Of a stretch of DNA of 64,000 bases, positions 37,234 through 46,942 are shown piece by piece. Below the pieces are notes generated by a model. The model was not told the DNA's origin, made no database searches, and was given only the letters and a program-made list of their open reading frames with translations. The position numbers were made by a program, and so were the translations under genes. The stretch comes from Candidatus Micrarchaeota archaeon (GTDB taxonomy: Archaea > Micrarchaeota > Micrarchaeia > Anstonellales > Bilamarchaeaceae): NCBI GenBank assembly GCA_043827025.1, contig JBDRPL010000005.1, forward strand, positions 35,569-99,568, in the 5' to 3' direction. Numbering within the stretch: the first letter of the stretch is position 1; every line of letters starts with the position of its first letter.

Positions 37234-37611
37234 TTAGATAAGTTCAACATCAACCAAACCCTTGAAATCACGATCCTTTGTCCAAAGGATTAAACCATGA
37301 CACCTTGCAGATGTGTAAATTATGCAATCAATAAGGCTTATTTTTCCATTTTTTCTTCGTTCGTCAGCATATATCCTTCCGCTGGCTACGAATACGTCCT
37401 CGTCCAATTCAAGCATTACTGAAAGGGATCTAATAGTTTCAAGGTATTTCTCAGGAGATTCATTGTTCTTATGGCACCAGGCCGAAATCTCTGCAAGCGT
37501 AATCGGACAGGTATAAACGCCGACATTCTGATAAAGCAACTTCCTGATTTTATTACCTGTTTCCGTAGACGTAAGATACTCTATCCATGCAGACGTATCT
37601 AATAAAATCAT
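37234..37611 (-). CDS. vapC: PIN-domain toxin VapC
   Basis: 125 aa; MILLDTSAWIEYL acidic PIN motif; 1-nt overlap with the upstream antitoxin gene. Confidence 0.85.
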   Translation of the reverse strand: MILLDTSAWIEYLTSTETGNKIRKLLYQNVGVYTCPITLAEISAWCHKNNESPEKYLETIRSLSVMLELDEDVFVASGRIYADERRKNGKISLIDCIIYTSARCHGLILWTKDRDFKGLVDVELI

Positions 37612-37826
37612 CAGAATTCCCTTGTTTTCTTATCTCTCTCGAAAGGTTTTGTGAAATGTTTTGCCATTCCAAATCCAAGATCAATTTCCGCCATATCTCT
37701 ATGCTTAAGCAATACAACATCGATTTCGTCGCCGATTTTCAGGTTTTCCTGCTCTAGCCGTTCCTTTGGTATAAGTACACACGCCGAAGAACCAAGAGGC
37801 CTTATTTTAGATTTAAAGATGTCCAC
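37611..37826 (-). CDS. vapB: AbrB/SpoVT-type antitoxin VapB
   Basis: 71 aa; swapped-hairpin motif GSSACVLIPKERLEQENLKIGDEI. Confidence 0.8.
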   Translation of the reverse strand: MDIFKSKIRPLGSSACVLIPKERLEQENLKIGDEIDVVLLKHRDMAEIDLGFGMAKHFTKPFERDKKTREF

Positions 37827-37900
37827 ACAATCACCAATTATAATATATTATACGAAAGGTTTATAATTATAATTGATTATAATTTATCTGTCATTTTGTT

Positions 37901-38278
37901 TCATCTCTTTACCTCTTTCAATAGATCCTCATCAAAGCTAATCAATTCTGAGCCTGTCGTTCTTGCCAGATAAACTAATGACGCGTCAATAAAGCTCAGC
38001 TGATGCTTCTGTTTCTTGTAGATATCTATGATTTTACCAAAATCATCCTCTGAGACAAATATGATTCTAAAATTTTCAGCTTGTTGCACAGTTTCAAGGA
38101 ATGCTTTTGAAGCTTCCAATCCATTTTTATACAACAAAACCGTTGCTGTTTCCCCGATTACGTATTCTGAAAGCAGGAACTTCCTATCGACGTAATTCTT
38201 CATCATGGAAATTGCCTTCTCGTGATTGGAATCATCCTTATCGTAAAACGAAATTAAAAAAGAGCTGTCAAGGATCAT
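37901..38278 (-). CDS. vapC: PIN-domain toxin VapC (second copy)
   Basis: 125 aa; MILDSSFLISFYDKDD...; abuts the upstream small gene. Confidence 0.85.
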   Translation of the reverse strand: MILDSSFLISFYDKDDSNHEKAISMMKNYVDRKFLLSEYVIGETATVLLYKNGLEASKAFLETVQQAENFRIIFVSEDDFGKIIDIYKKQKHQLSFIDASLVYLARTTGSELISFDEDLLKEVKR

Positions 38279-38545
38279 CTAATCACGTTTCCCATAAAGG
38301 ATTTTGTCTATATTTTTACTCAAATCTTTCTCGCCAGATCTGAATGCAATCCTATCATAAGTATCAAAGAAGCTTTTGTACTTCTTCTTCGATTTCTGCT
38401 GATCCTTTTCCTTCAAATGCTCCTTGGCCAACCTAGCGATTTCATCCAAAGCTTCACCAGTATTCAGGTCGTGCAAATGTGCGTATTCATAAATGAATTC
38501 CTTTGTCTTCTCATCAACTTTTCGAACTGCGAATATGTCTGCCAT
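38279..38545 (-). CDS. putative antitoxin partner of VapC
   Basis: 88 aa; small acidic/basic protein immediately upstream of the PIN gene; fold not assigned. Confidence 0.6.
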   Translation of the reverse strand: MADIFAVRKVDEKTKEFIYEYAHLHDLNTGEALDEIARLAKEHLKEKDQQKSKKKYKSFFDTYDRIAFRSGEKDLSKNIDKILYGKRD

Positions 38546-38561
38546 CTAAACACCTGTATAA

Positions 38562-38605
38562 CATGTTAAACAAATAGTTTTTAAAGGTTATACTTGTTTA
38601 ACATG
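38562..38605. promoter_or_regulatory. 12-bp perfect inverted repeat (catgttaaacaa N20 ttgtttaacatg) in the promoter region of the second vapBC operon; probable autoregulatory operator
   Basis: Read directly from the sequence, about 20-60 nt upstream of the antitoxin start at 38545. Confidence 0.4.
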
Positions 38606-38683
38606 CGACCTAGAGCTTACTTTGATATTTACAATATACCTCAATTAGTAACACTTTTATTCATTTCCTAATATCATATAACT

Positions 38684-40009
38684 ATGCCTTTAGCTGAATT
38701 CACAGAAATATACAACTATCTTTTGAAATTCACCTCGCCACCTAGCAGTACAGTTGAGAGCGCACATAGAGGACTTGATTCCATTTCATCTATTCAAAAT
38801 AGTACTGATGCCCTAAAAGAAACTCCGTTTTCAGAGACATTAAGGCTAGCCAGAATCACTTTGGGCAGGTTTGAAGAAGCTGGAATAACCTACGAGCAAA
38901 CAGTAAATCAAGCGAGGAATTTGGCTGAAAAACTTGTTTCTGCATTACATTCTGTTCGTAATCTTCCGTGGAAAGGTTGGAGCCTTTCCAACGACCAAAT
39001 AGATTTTTTGTTTGATGTTGTCATGCCGGCCCAAAAAGCAGAGCGTGAGCTTAGGAATATGCTTTCTGGAAAAAGACTGGTCCATCCAGATATCATGGAA
39101 AATAAAGACACAATCAGCATCCTGGAGATTCATGTTACTGAGAGGTGTATGGTAGGCTGCCCCTTTTGTGGAAATGCCTCTAAACCTAATAATCCAGTCA
39201 TGGATATTCAGATGGTTCATGACCTTCTGCAAAGCCCACAGGTTTCTTTCGATGGGTCAAAGACTGTTTATATTGGGAGTGCAGAGGTTTTAGCATATCC
39301 TTATCCAAGAGAACTTGCTGAGTGCGCGATTTCAATGGTCAAGGATTATGGAATTTTTCTAGGTTTCAATATTTCAGGTTTATTGCCTCCAAATCGTCAT
39401 TTTGGCAAAACCTTCCTTGAAGGATTGGCTGAATTTGGTCCCTACGCCCAGGACGTAGTTGTCTTTCTGAGTATTAATCCTATGAATCCATATGCAGTAA
39501 AAGATAGTTCTGCATATATTGATTCTCTAGCTGATACTATTGGTTTACTCAAAGCTGCAAATGTCAGGCATTATTTGAATGCACGATATAGGGAGGAATC
39601 TGAACAAGATGCAGTTTTTCAGTTAATCAAAAGACTCGAGTCGCGATGCGGCCACAGTCTTGGAAAAGAGATTCGTCCGATAAACGCTATCGGAGATGGT
39701 GTGAACGTTATTGGCAATGTTTACACCGGACGCTGTGACATTTGGTTCAAAACTGATCCACAATTCGGAATTCGGCATAACGGCGAAGCAGTGGTAGGTT
39801 GTTGTGGCCTTGGAGCACGCGGATCCAGTTGCGGGAATGTTTACGAACATGATGCAACCCAGCTAAGGCAAAACCTATCAGTTATGCTAAGGAAGTTACG
39901 AGGAGCATATGAAAATGAGAGAATCAAAACCAGTTGTGAATTCCACAGGACTTGCGGAATCAACATTACTTCGCCTCGTTCTTCTAGACCAATTCTTCAG
40001 AGGCGTTGA
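38684..40009 (+). CDS. radical SAM enzyme with an N-terminal 150-aa extension and a C-terminal SPASM-like Cys cluster
   Basis: 441 aa; CxxxCxxC at HVTERCMVGCPFCGN; C-terminal cysteines GRCDIW...GCCGLGARGSSCGN...CEFHRTCG (seven Cys); GC clearly above the genome background. Confidence 0.75.
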   Translation: MPLAEFTEIYNYLLKFTSPPSSTVESAHRGLDSISSIQNSTDALKETPFSETLRLARITLGRFEEAGITYEQTVNQARNLAEKLVSALHSVRNLPWKGWSLSNDQIDFLFDVVMPAQKAERELRNMLSGKRLVHPDIMENKDTISILEIHVTERCMVGCPFCGNASKPNNPVMDIQMVHDLLQSPQVSFDGSKTVYIGSAEVLAYPYPRELAECAISMVKDYGIFLGFNISGLLPPNRHFGKTFLEGLAEFGPYAQDVVVFLSINPMNPYAVKDSSAYIDSLADTIGLLKAANVRHYLNARYREESEQDAVFQLIKRLESRCGHSLGKEIRPINAIGDGVNVIGNVYTGRCDIWFKTDPQFGIRHNGEAVVGCCGLGARGSSCGNVYEHDATQLRQNLSVMLRKLRGAYENERIKTSCEFHRTCGINITSPRSSRPILQRR

Positions 40010-40071
40010 TCCTTGAGTTAACCATAGAAAAACATATAAACTATATTATCTACATATTATAACTGATCATA

Positions 40072-40575
40072 ATGTCCCATAAAAAACAATTAACTGCTAG
40101 AAATATTTATCCACATACTTCAAGAGCATTAGTATTCATGCGCGGGGTGATATCATTTTCACTCAGTAATGAGGTTGCTTTAGAAGGCCTAAGGAGATTT
40201 GAGGGTAAAACAGGTTTCAAACTGCAACGAAATAACTATCTACGACAACTAAGAGATGGTGCTACTTTTTTTGATATTTGCCGGATTCTTCAAAGAGAGA
40301 AATTGTCTTCAGAAGCACAGATATATCTTACCAAAGAGCTTAAACAACTTTACGATCAGACGCTTAACTTTGCTTTAGCTAAAAGCTACGGAATATTTGC
40401 GCAATTGACTCCAGAAACGCTTCGACAACATTTTATGCATGACGTGCAAATTGCCTTTCAGGATCTAGAGCCTGTTCCCGCCCTTAAGAGAATGTGGTTG
40501 CAAGCAAAGGAATTGGAAGTAAAGCAATTGTGTGGACCTGCAAGAAGGAATATTGTAGATTTGATTCAGTTTTGA
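40072..40575 (+). CDS. hypothetical protein downstream of the radical SAM gene
   Basis: 167 aa; no recognisable motif; same strand, 62-nt gap. Confidence 0.4.
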   Translation: MSHKKQLTARNIYPHTSRALVFMRGVISFSLSNEVALEGLRRFEGKTGFKLQRNNYLRQLRDGATFFDICRILQREKLSSEAQIYLTKELKQLYDQTLNFALAKSYGIFAQLTPETLRQHFMHDVQIAFQDLEPVPALKRMWLQAKELEVKQLCGPARRNIVDLIQF

Positions 40576-40678
40576 CAAACCTACTTCCAAAAGATTCCTT
40601 CGTCACCTGCCGTTCAATTTTTCACATCCTTTTTAAACCCTCTTTTTCAATCCTAATCATCTAATTTAGGGTGGCAAA

Positions 40679-42595
40679 ATGAACATTACTCAAAAGATAA
40701 TAAAGGAGCACTTAGTCGAAGGAGAAATGGTTGCTGGGAAGGAAATCGGAATCAAGATAGACCAGACTCTAACCCAGGATGCGACGGGAACAATGGCATA
40801 CCTGGAATTTGAGGCATTGAATATTCCAAGAGCGAAAACCGAATTGTCAGTGAGTTACGTTGACCATAATATGCTTCAAACCGATTTCAAGAATCCGGAT
40901 GATCATTTATACTTACAGTCAATTGCTGCAAAATATGGCATTCTATTTTCAAGGCCTGGGAATGGCATATGCCATCAAGTCCATTTAGAGAGATTCGCAA
41001 GGCCTGGAAGAACATTGATTGGAAGTGATTCCCATACGCCTACTGCAGGAGGTATTGGTTCATTATCTATAGGTGCAGGAGGATTAGATGTTGCACTTGC
41101 AATGGGTGGAGATACCTTTTATTTGAATATGCCTAAAGTAGTTGGCGTAAAACTAACTGGAAAATTAGGTCCATGGACATCTGCAAAGGATGTGGTTCTG
41201 GAGTTATTGAAAAGAGTCACTGTAAAAGGAGGAAAGGGCAAGGTTTACGAGTATTTTGGCCCGGGAACAAAAACATTGTCTGTTGCAGAACGAGCTACAA
41301 TCACAAACATGGGAACAGAAACAGGGGCAACAAGCTCAATTTTCCCTTCTGATGAAATCACAAAAGAGTTCCTGAAATCCCAAAAAAGAGAAAATCAGTG
41401 GATAGAATTGAAGGCGGATTCAGAACAATATGATGAAATAATTGAAATCGATTTGTCTTCAATAGAGCCCTTGATTGCCAAACCACATTCACCAGGAGAG
41501 GTTGTGCCTGTGAAAAAGGTAGAGGGAACAAGAATAAGGCAGGTTATTGTGGGATCATGTACTAATTCATCCTACAAGGATTTGATGATTTTTGCAAAGG
41601 CAATGAAAGGAAAGACAGTTCATCCTGAGGTAAGCCTTTGTGTTTTACCAGGTTCGAGACAGGTCTATCAGGAAATTGCAAGAAATGGCGCATTGGCAGA
41701 CCTTATCAAAGCAGGTGCAAGAATATTGGAATCAGCCTGTGGCCCCTGCATAGGCATGGGACAAGCACCACCATCTGAGAGTGTCACAATAAGGACATTC
41801 AACAGGAATTTCGAAGGAAGATGCGGGACAAAAGATGCAAAGGCATATCTATGTTCTCCGGAAGTTGCAGCAGCATGTGCAATATATGGAGAAATTGCAG
41901 ACCCACGGAAATTAGGTGTATGCCCTGAAATAGAGCCTTCAGCAGGAATTGTTGATGATTCTATGATAATCCTGCCTACAAAGGACGGATCTTCAGTTAA
42001 AATAGTAAAAGGCCCGAACATAAAACCATTGCCTGAGATGAAACCCTTGGAGGACAATATTTCAAAAGAGGTTTTGTTGAAGGTCGGGGACAATATTACA
42101 ACAGACCATATAATGCCTGCGGGCGCACAGATATTGCCATTGCGCTCTAACATCCCGGCAATTTCTGAATTCGTTTACAATTCCGTTGACAAGGACTTCG
42201 TAAAAAGAGCAAAGGAAAAACAAGGAGGAATGATTATCGGCGGCGAAAACTATGGCCAGGGATCTTCAAGGGAACATGCTGCAATTGCTCCTTTATACTT
42301 AGGAATAAAGGCAAAGATAGTGAAATCCTATGCAAGGATACATCTTGCAAATTTAGTTAATTGGGGAATACTGCCTTTGGAATTTGCCGATCCGTCAGAT
42401 TATGACAAGATTGAACAGGGAGACAAATTGGAACTTATGGATATTAAGGAATCATTAAAGAATGGAAAGAACATAAAAGTAAAAAACACAACAAAATCAT
42501 TCGAGTTTGAGGCAAAATATAATTTATCTAAAAGAGACGTTGCAACACTTGTTGCTGGCGGTTCAATTAATTATGTAAAACAAAGACATGGATAA
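40679..42595 (+). CDS. acn: aconitate hydratase (short mitochondrial-type aconitase-family protein)
   Basis: 638 aa; GICHQVHLERFARPGRTLIGSDSHTPTAGGIGSLSIGAGGLDVA matches the aconitase Fe-S ligand region; Cys ligands in GSCTNSSY and ACGPCIGMGQ; swivel domain at the C-terminus. Confidence 0.9.
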   Translation: MNITQKIIKEHLVEGEMVAGKEIGIKIDQTLTQDATGTMAYLEFEALNIPRAKTELSVSYVDHNMLQTDFKNPDDHLYLQSIAAKYGILFSRPGNGICHQVHLERFARPGRTLIGSDSHTPTAGGIGSLSIGAGGLDVALAMGGDTFYLNMPKVVGVKLTGKLGPWTSAKDVVLELLKRVTVKGGKGKVYEYFGPGTKTLSVAERATITNMGTETGATSSIFPSDEITKEFLKSQKRENQWIELKADSEQYDEIIEIDLSSIEPLIAKPHSPGEVVPVKKVEGTRIRQVIVGSCTNSSYKDLMIFAKAMKGKTVHPEVSLCVLPGSRQVYQEIARNGALADLIKAGARILESACGPCIGMGQAPPSESVTIRTFNRNFEGRCGTKDAKAYLCSPEVAAACAIYGEIADPRKLGVCPEIEPSAGIVDDSMIILPTKDGSSVKIVKGPNIKPLPEMKPLEDNISKEVLLKVGDNITTDHIMPAGAQILPLRSNIPAISEFVYNSVDKDFVKRAKEKQGGMIIGGENYGQGSSREHAAIAPLYLGIKAKIVKSYARIHLANLVNWGILPLEFADPSDYDKIEQGDKLELMDIKESLKNGKNIKVKNTTKSFEFEAKYNLSKRDVATLVAGGSINYVKQRHG

Positions 42596-42601
42596 TACTA
42601 G

Positions 42602-43849
42602 GTGAAAAATATGGTGATAAGTGGAGAAAAAATAAAGATGGAGAATGGAAAACTAGTGGTACCCAACATACCTTATATCCCATACATCAAAGGGGACGGA
42701 GTTGGAGAAGACATCTGGCCAGTAGTCCAAAGAATCATTGATGCAGCAGTTGCAAAGGCATATGGAAACACTAACAGGGTGCCGAACAAAGCAATATTTT
42801 GGCTTGAAGCTCCTGCCGGAGATAAGGCATATAAAGAAACCGGCGAATATCTTCCCCAAAACACAGTAGATATGATAAGAGAATACCTAGTTGCAATAAA
42901 GGGTCCTTTAACTACTCCAGTTGGTGGGGGCCACAGATCATTGAATGTAACTATGCGCCAAGTGTTAGACCTATATTGTTGTGTCAGACCTGTCAAATGG
43001 TTCGAGGGGGTTCCAAATCCAATGAAAAATCCTGAGAAATTGAATGTGGTGATTTTCAGGGAAAATACAGAAGATGTATATGCGGGAATCGAATTCAAGG
43101 AAGGCAGCGATGAAGTAAAAAAAGTGATTGACCTGATGTCCAACATGGGCAAGAAGATAAGGCCAGATTCAGGCATCGGAATAAAACCGATTTCAATAAC
43201 TGGAACCAAAAGATTGGTGGAAGCTGCTATTGATTATGCAATAAAATATAGGAAAACTAGAGTGACTTTGATGCACAAGGGAAACATAATGAAATTTACA
43301 GAAGGCGCATTCAGGGAATGGGGTTATGCGGTTGCAAAGGAAAAGTTTCCTGATAAGGTCATAACAGAACAGGAAGTCACGGATAACCACGGAGGAAAAA
43401 TCCCTGAGGGAAAAATAATGATAAATGACAGAATTGCAGACTCAATGTTCCAGCAGGTTTTATTAAGGCCTGATGAATATGAGGTAATTGCCACAACCAA
43501 TCTGAATGGGGATTACATAAGCGATGCATGTGCTGCACAGGTTGGCGGTTTGGGAATTGCTCCTGGCGCAAACATCAATTATAAGACCGGACATGCATTG
43601 TTTGAAGCAACACATGGCACTGCACCAAAGCATGCAGGGCAGGACAAGGTGAATCCAGGCTCTTTGCTTCTTTCAGCAGTCATGATGCTTGATTATATGG
43701 GATGGGAAGAGGCTGCCAAAATGATTGAATCAGCATTTGAAAAGACAATCAACCAAAAGATCGTGACCTACGATTTTGCAAGGCAGATGGAAGGCGCAAC
43801 TGAAGTCAAATGTTCTGAATTTGGCGCGAAAATAATTGAAAATCTTTGA
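42602..43849 (+). CDS. icd: isocitrate dehydrogenase (NADP-type)
   Basis: 415 aa; signature [27 protein letters not shown]. Confidence 0.9.
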   Translation: MKNMVISGEKIKMENGKLVVPNIPYIPYIKGDGVGEDIWPVVQRIIDAAVAKAYGNTNRVPNKAIFWLEAPAGDKAYKETGEYLPQNTVDMIREYLVAIKGPLTTPVGGGHRSLNVTMRQVLDLYCCVRPVKWFEGVPNPMKNPEKLNVVIFRENTEDVYAGIEFKEGSDEVKKVIDLMSNMGKKIRPDSGIGIKPISITGTKRLVEAAIDYAIKYRKTRVTLMHKGNIMKFTEGAFREWGYAVAKEKFPDKVITEQEVTDNHGGKIPEGKIMINDRIADSMFQQVLLRPDEYEVIATTNLNGDYISDACAAQVGGLGIAPGANINYKTGHALFEATHGTAPKHAGQDKVNPGSLLLSAVMMLDYMGWEEAAKMIESAFEKTINQKIVTYDFARQMEGATEVKCSEFGAKIIENL

Positions 43850-43881
43850 ATGGGAAACAATGAATAACGAGGGACAATCAC

Positions 43882-45114
43882 ATGGCAAGAAGAAAAATCC
43901 GCGAATACGATGGGCGAAGGCTTTTTGGCGAATACTTTGGAATTCCTAGCGAATCGATCCTAGTTGATTCTTCTACGGATATTGAAGGATTGGGCAAAAC
44001 TCACCCCTGGCTGAATTCAAAAAAACTGGTGGTGAAGCCAGATGTGTTGATGGGGAAAAAAGGCAAGCACAACCTCATTCTCCTAAATGCGGATTTTTCT
44101 GCTGCCAAAGGCTTCATAAAAGAGCACCTCAATAAAGAAATGAAAATCGGGAACATTTCAGGAGTTCTGACACACTTCATAATCCAGCCATTTGTCCCTC
44201 ATCAAAATGAATATTTCGTTTCCATCATGAGCGGAAGGGATGCTGACAAGATATACATCTCTGAAAAAGGAGGGGTTGACATTGAAGAGAACTGGGAAAC
44301 AGTCAAACACATAGATGTTCCTATTGCCGGCCCCTTTCCCAAAGAAGAATTGGCAAAATGCCTTTCTTCATTTGGAAATGAAAAAGATGCAACAACGAAA
44401 TTCATAGAAAAACTTTACCAGTTCTTTGCAGAATATGATTTTTCATACTTGGAGCTAAACCCGTTTTGTTTTGTGGATGGAAAGGCAATTCCATTGGGAT
44501 TTGTTGGAGAGGTGGATGATTGTGCAGAATATAAGGATTATAAGAGATGGGGCAATTTGGCATTTCCCCAGTCCTTTGGCAAGAAACTGACGAAAGAGGA
44601 AGAGTTCATAAAAGACCTGGATTCCAAGACAGGGGCTTCCCTGAAACTTACAATTTTGAATCCAAAGGGCAAGATATGGCCCATGGTCGCAGGAGGAGGC
44701 GCATCAGTTATCTATGCAGACACAATTGTAGATCTTGGATGCGGCAATGAGCTTGCCATATATGGGGAATATTCCGGGGACCCCAATGAAGAAGAAACCT
44801 ATCAGTATGCCAAGACTGTTTTGGACCTGATGACAAGGGAATCAAGAAAAGACGGCAAGGTTCTGCTGATAGGAGGCGGAGTTGCAAATTTCACAGATGT
44901 TGCAAAAACATTCAAAGGCATCATCCGAGCATTGAAGGAATATAAGGAAAAACTAAAGAAAAATAATGTCAAGATATACATCAGAAGGGGCGGACCAAAT
45001 TATGAGGTTGGCCTGGAACTTATGAGAAAACTAGGAGGGGAATTAGGAGTACCTATGGAGGTTTATGGCCCAGAAACCCACATGACAAAGATTGTCGCGT
45101 TAGCTTTGAAGTGA
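43882..45114 (+). CDS. aclB: ATP-citrate lyase, subunit B (ATP-grasp/N-terminal part of ACLY)
   Basis: 410 aa; long blocks colinear with the human ACLY N-terminus: HPWL...LVVKPD, EPFVPH, ASLKLTILNPKGKIWPMVAGGGASVIYADTIVDLG...NELA(I/N)YGEYSG, RRGGPNYEVGL. Confidence 0.9.
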   Translation: MARRKIREYDGRRLFGEYFGIPSESILVDSSTDIEGLGKTHPWLNSKKLVVKPDVLMGKKGKHNLILLNADFSAAKGFIKEHLNKEMKIGNISGVLTHFIIQPFVPHQNEYFVSIMSGRDADKIYISEKGGVDIEENWETVKHIDVPIAGPFPKEELAKCLSSFGNEKDATTKFIEKLYQFFAEYDFSYLELNPFCFVDGKAIPLGFVGEVDDCAEYKDYKRWGNLAFPQSFGKKLTKEEEFIKDLDSKTGASLKLTILNPKGKIWPMVAGGGASVIYADTIVDLGCGNELAIYGEYSGDPNEEETYQYAKTVLDLMTRESRKDGKVLLIGGGVANFTDVAKTFKGIIRALKEYKEKLKKNNVKIYIRRGGPNYEVGLELMRKLGGELGVPMEVYGPETHMTKIVALALK

Positions 45115-45118
45115 TACT

Positions 45119-46942
45119 ATGACCGATTTATTCACAAACAAAACACAGGCATTCATATACAATTTTAAGGCAAACCCTGTGCAGAGAATGCTTGATTTTG
45201 ATTACATCTGCAGAAGAAAAACCCCTAGCATTGCAGGGCTTATCAATCCAGGAGGATCAGGTTTTCACAAAGCATTTTTTGGTGCAACTGAAATCATGCT
45301 TCCCATATATTCAAGCATTGATGCTGCAACAAAAGCTCATCCAAATGCAGATGTGATGGTTAATTTTGCTTCGTTCAGGAGCGCCTACGCATCATCATTG
45401 GAAGCGCTTAACAATACTTCCATAAAGACCGTTGCCATCATAGCCGAGGGGATTCCTGAAAGACTGACAAAGGAATTGATTGCAATAGCAAACAAAAAGA
45501 AGAAATGGATAATCGGGCCTGCAACAGTTGGAGGATTGGCAGCAGGCAAATTCAGGATAGGGAATACTGCAGGCACCATTGACAACATAATCAAATGCAA
45601 GGCTTACAGACCCGGCTCAGTTGGCTTTGTTTCAAAATCAGGAGGTCTTTCCAATGAGATGTTCAATGTCATTGCAAGAACTACTGATGGAATTTATGAA
45701 GGAATTGCAATTGGCGGAGATGCATGCCCAGGCTCCAAATTAATAGACCATATCCTAAGGTATGAAAATAATCCTGCAATCAAAATGATTGTTGCTCTTG
45801 GAGAACTTGGAGGAAATGAGGAATATGAGATCGCCAATGCAGTGAAAGCGAAAAAAATAACCAAACCAATTGTCATGTGGGTTGCAGGAACCTGTGCAAA
45901 TGTTTTCCCAGGGGAAGTGCAGTTCGGCCACGCAGGCGCAAAAAGCGGTAAACAAGAAAATTCAGCAGCTGCCAAGAACAAGGCATTGAAAGAAGCTGGA
46001 GTCATCGTGCCAAATTCATACGAGGATTTTGACCAAAGGATAAAGGAAACGTTTGACAGGTTGAAGAAAGATGGCAAAATAAAGGAAATTGAAGAGCCCG
46101 AGGTTCCAAAATTACCTATGGACTATTTAGAAGCACTGAAAAAAGGAGTGATACGTAAACAAACCAATTTCATCTGCTCAATTTCAGACGATAGGGGGGA
46201 TGAGCCCTATTATGCAGGCATTCCAATGAGCAAAATGATTGAGGATGACTATTCTGTTGGCGAAATAATTTCCTTATTGTGGTTTAAGAAAAGATTGCCA
46301 AAATATGCCACGAAATTCATTGAAACTGTGATGATAATTGCAGCAGATCACGGGCCATGTGTATCAGGTGCCCACAATACAATAATTACTGCAAGGGCAG
46401 GGAAGGACCTGATATCCTCATTATGCTCTGGCTTATTGACAATCGGCCCAAGATTCGGAGGTGCAATTGATGATGCTGCAAGATATTTCAAGCATGCAGC
46501 TGATTCTGGAATGGCTCCTGATGAATTTGTCAGTGAAATGAAGAAAAAGGGCATTAATATCCCTGGAATTGGCCATAGGATAAAATCTGCAAAAAACCCT
46601 GACAAGAGGGTCGAAATACTAAAGGCGTATGCAAAGAAAAACTTCCCCCAGACAAAATACCTTGACTATGCTTTGTCAGTTGAAAAAGAGACGCTGAAAA
46701 AGGCAGACAACCTTATTTTAAATGTGGATGGCTGTATAGGCATTTTATTCGTGGATTTGATGGATGGTTGCGAGGCATTTTCAAAGGAAGAACTTAATTC
46801 AATTGTTGATATAGGCTACCTGAACGGTTTGTTCATCTTGGCAAGATCAATAGGGTTAATGGGCCATGTATTTGACCAAAAGAGGCTGAAACAGACACTC
46901 TACAGGCATCCATGGGATGATGTGTTGTTTATAGACCGTTAA
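45119..46942 (+). CDS. aclA: ATP-citrate lyase, subunit A (CoA-binding and citryl-CoA lyase part)
   Basis: 607 aa; colinear with the ACLY C-terminal half: QRMLDFDYICRR, catalytic-His region GHAGA, IAADHGPCVSGAHNTIITARAGKDLISSL, LYRHPWDDV. Confidence 0.9.
   Translation: MTDLFTNKTQAFIYNFKANPVQRMLDFDYICRRKTPSIAGLINPGGSGFHKAFFGATEIMLPIYSSIDAATKAHPNADVMVNFASFRSAYASSLEALNNTSIKTVAIIAEGIPERLTKELIAIANKKKKWIIGPATVGGLAAGKFRIGNTAGTIDNIIKCKAYRPGSVGFVSKSGGLSNEMFNVIARTTDGIYEGIAIGGDACPGSKLIDHILRYENNPAIKMIVALGELGGNEEYEIANAVKAKKITKPIVMWVAGTCANVFPGEVQFGHAGAKSGKQENSAAAKNKALKEAGVIVPNSYEDFDQRIKETFDRLKKDGKIKEIEEPEVPKLPMDYLEALKKGVIRKQTNFICSISDDRGDEPYYAGIPMSKMIEDDYSVGEIISLLWFKKRLPKYATKFIETVMIIAADHGPCVSGAHNTIITARAGKDLISSLCSGLLTIGPRFGGAIDDAARYFKHAADSGMAPDEFVSEMKKKGINIPGIGHRIKSAKNPDKRVEILKAYAKKNFPQTKYLDYALSVEKETLKKADNLILNVDGCIGILFVDLMDGCEAFSKEELNSIVDIGYLNGLFILARSIGLMGHVFDQKRLKQTLYRHPWDDVLFIDR

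Noticed and set aside
40679-42595. Alternative call as fused LeuC/LeuD isopropylmalate isomerase
   Set aside because: Sequence around the Fe-S ligands matches the mitochondrial/AcnA-type aconitase pattern, and the gene sits immediately upstream of icd and ACL genes
43882-45114. Alternative call of the ATP-grasp protein as succinyl-CoA synthetase beta subunit or citryl-CoA synthetase
   Set aside because: Long blocks are colinear with ACLY-specific sequence (HPWL..LVVKPD, NPKGKIWPMVAGGGASV, RRGGPNYEVGL), and the downstream gene carries the citryl-CoA lyase / citrate-synthase-like C-terminal domain typical of ACL subunit A
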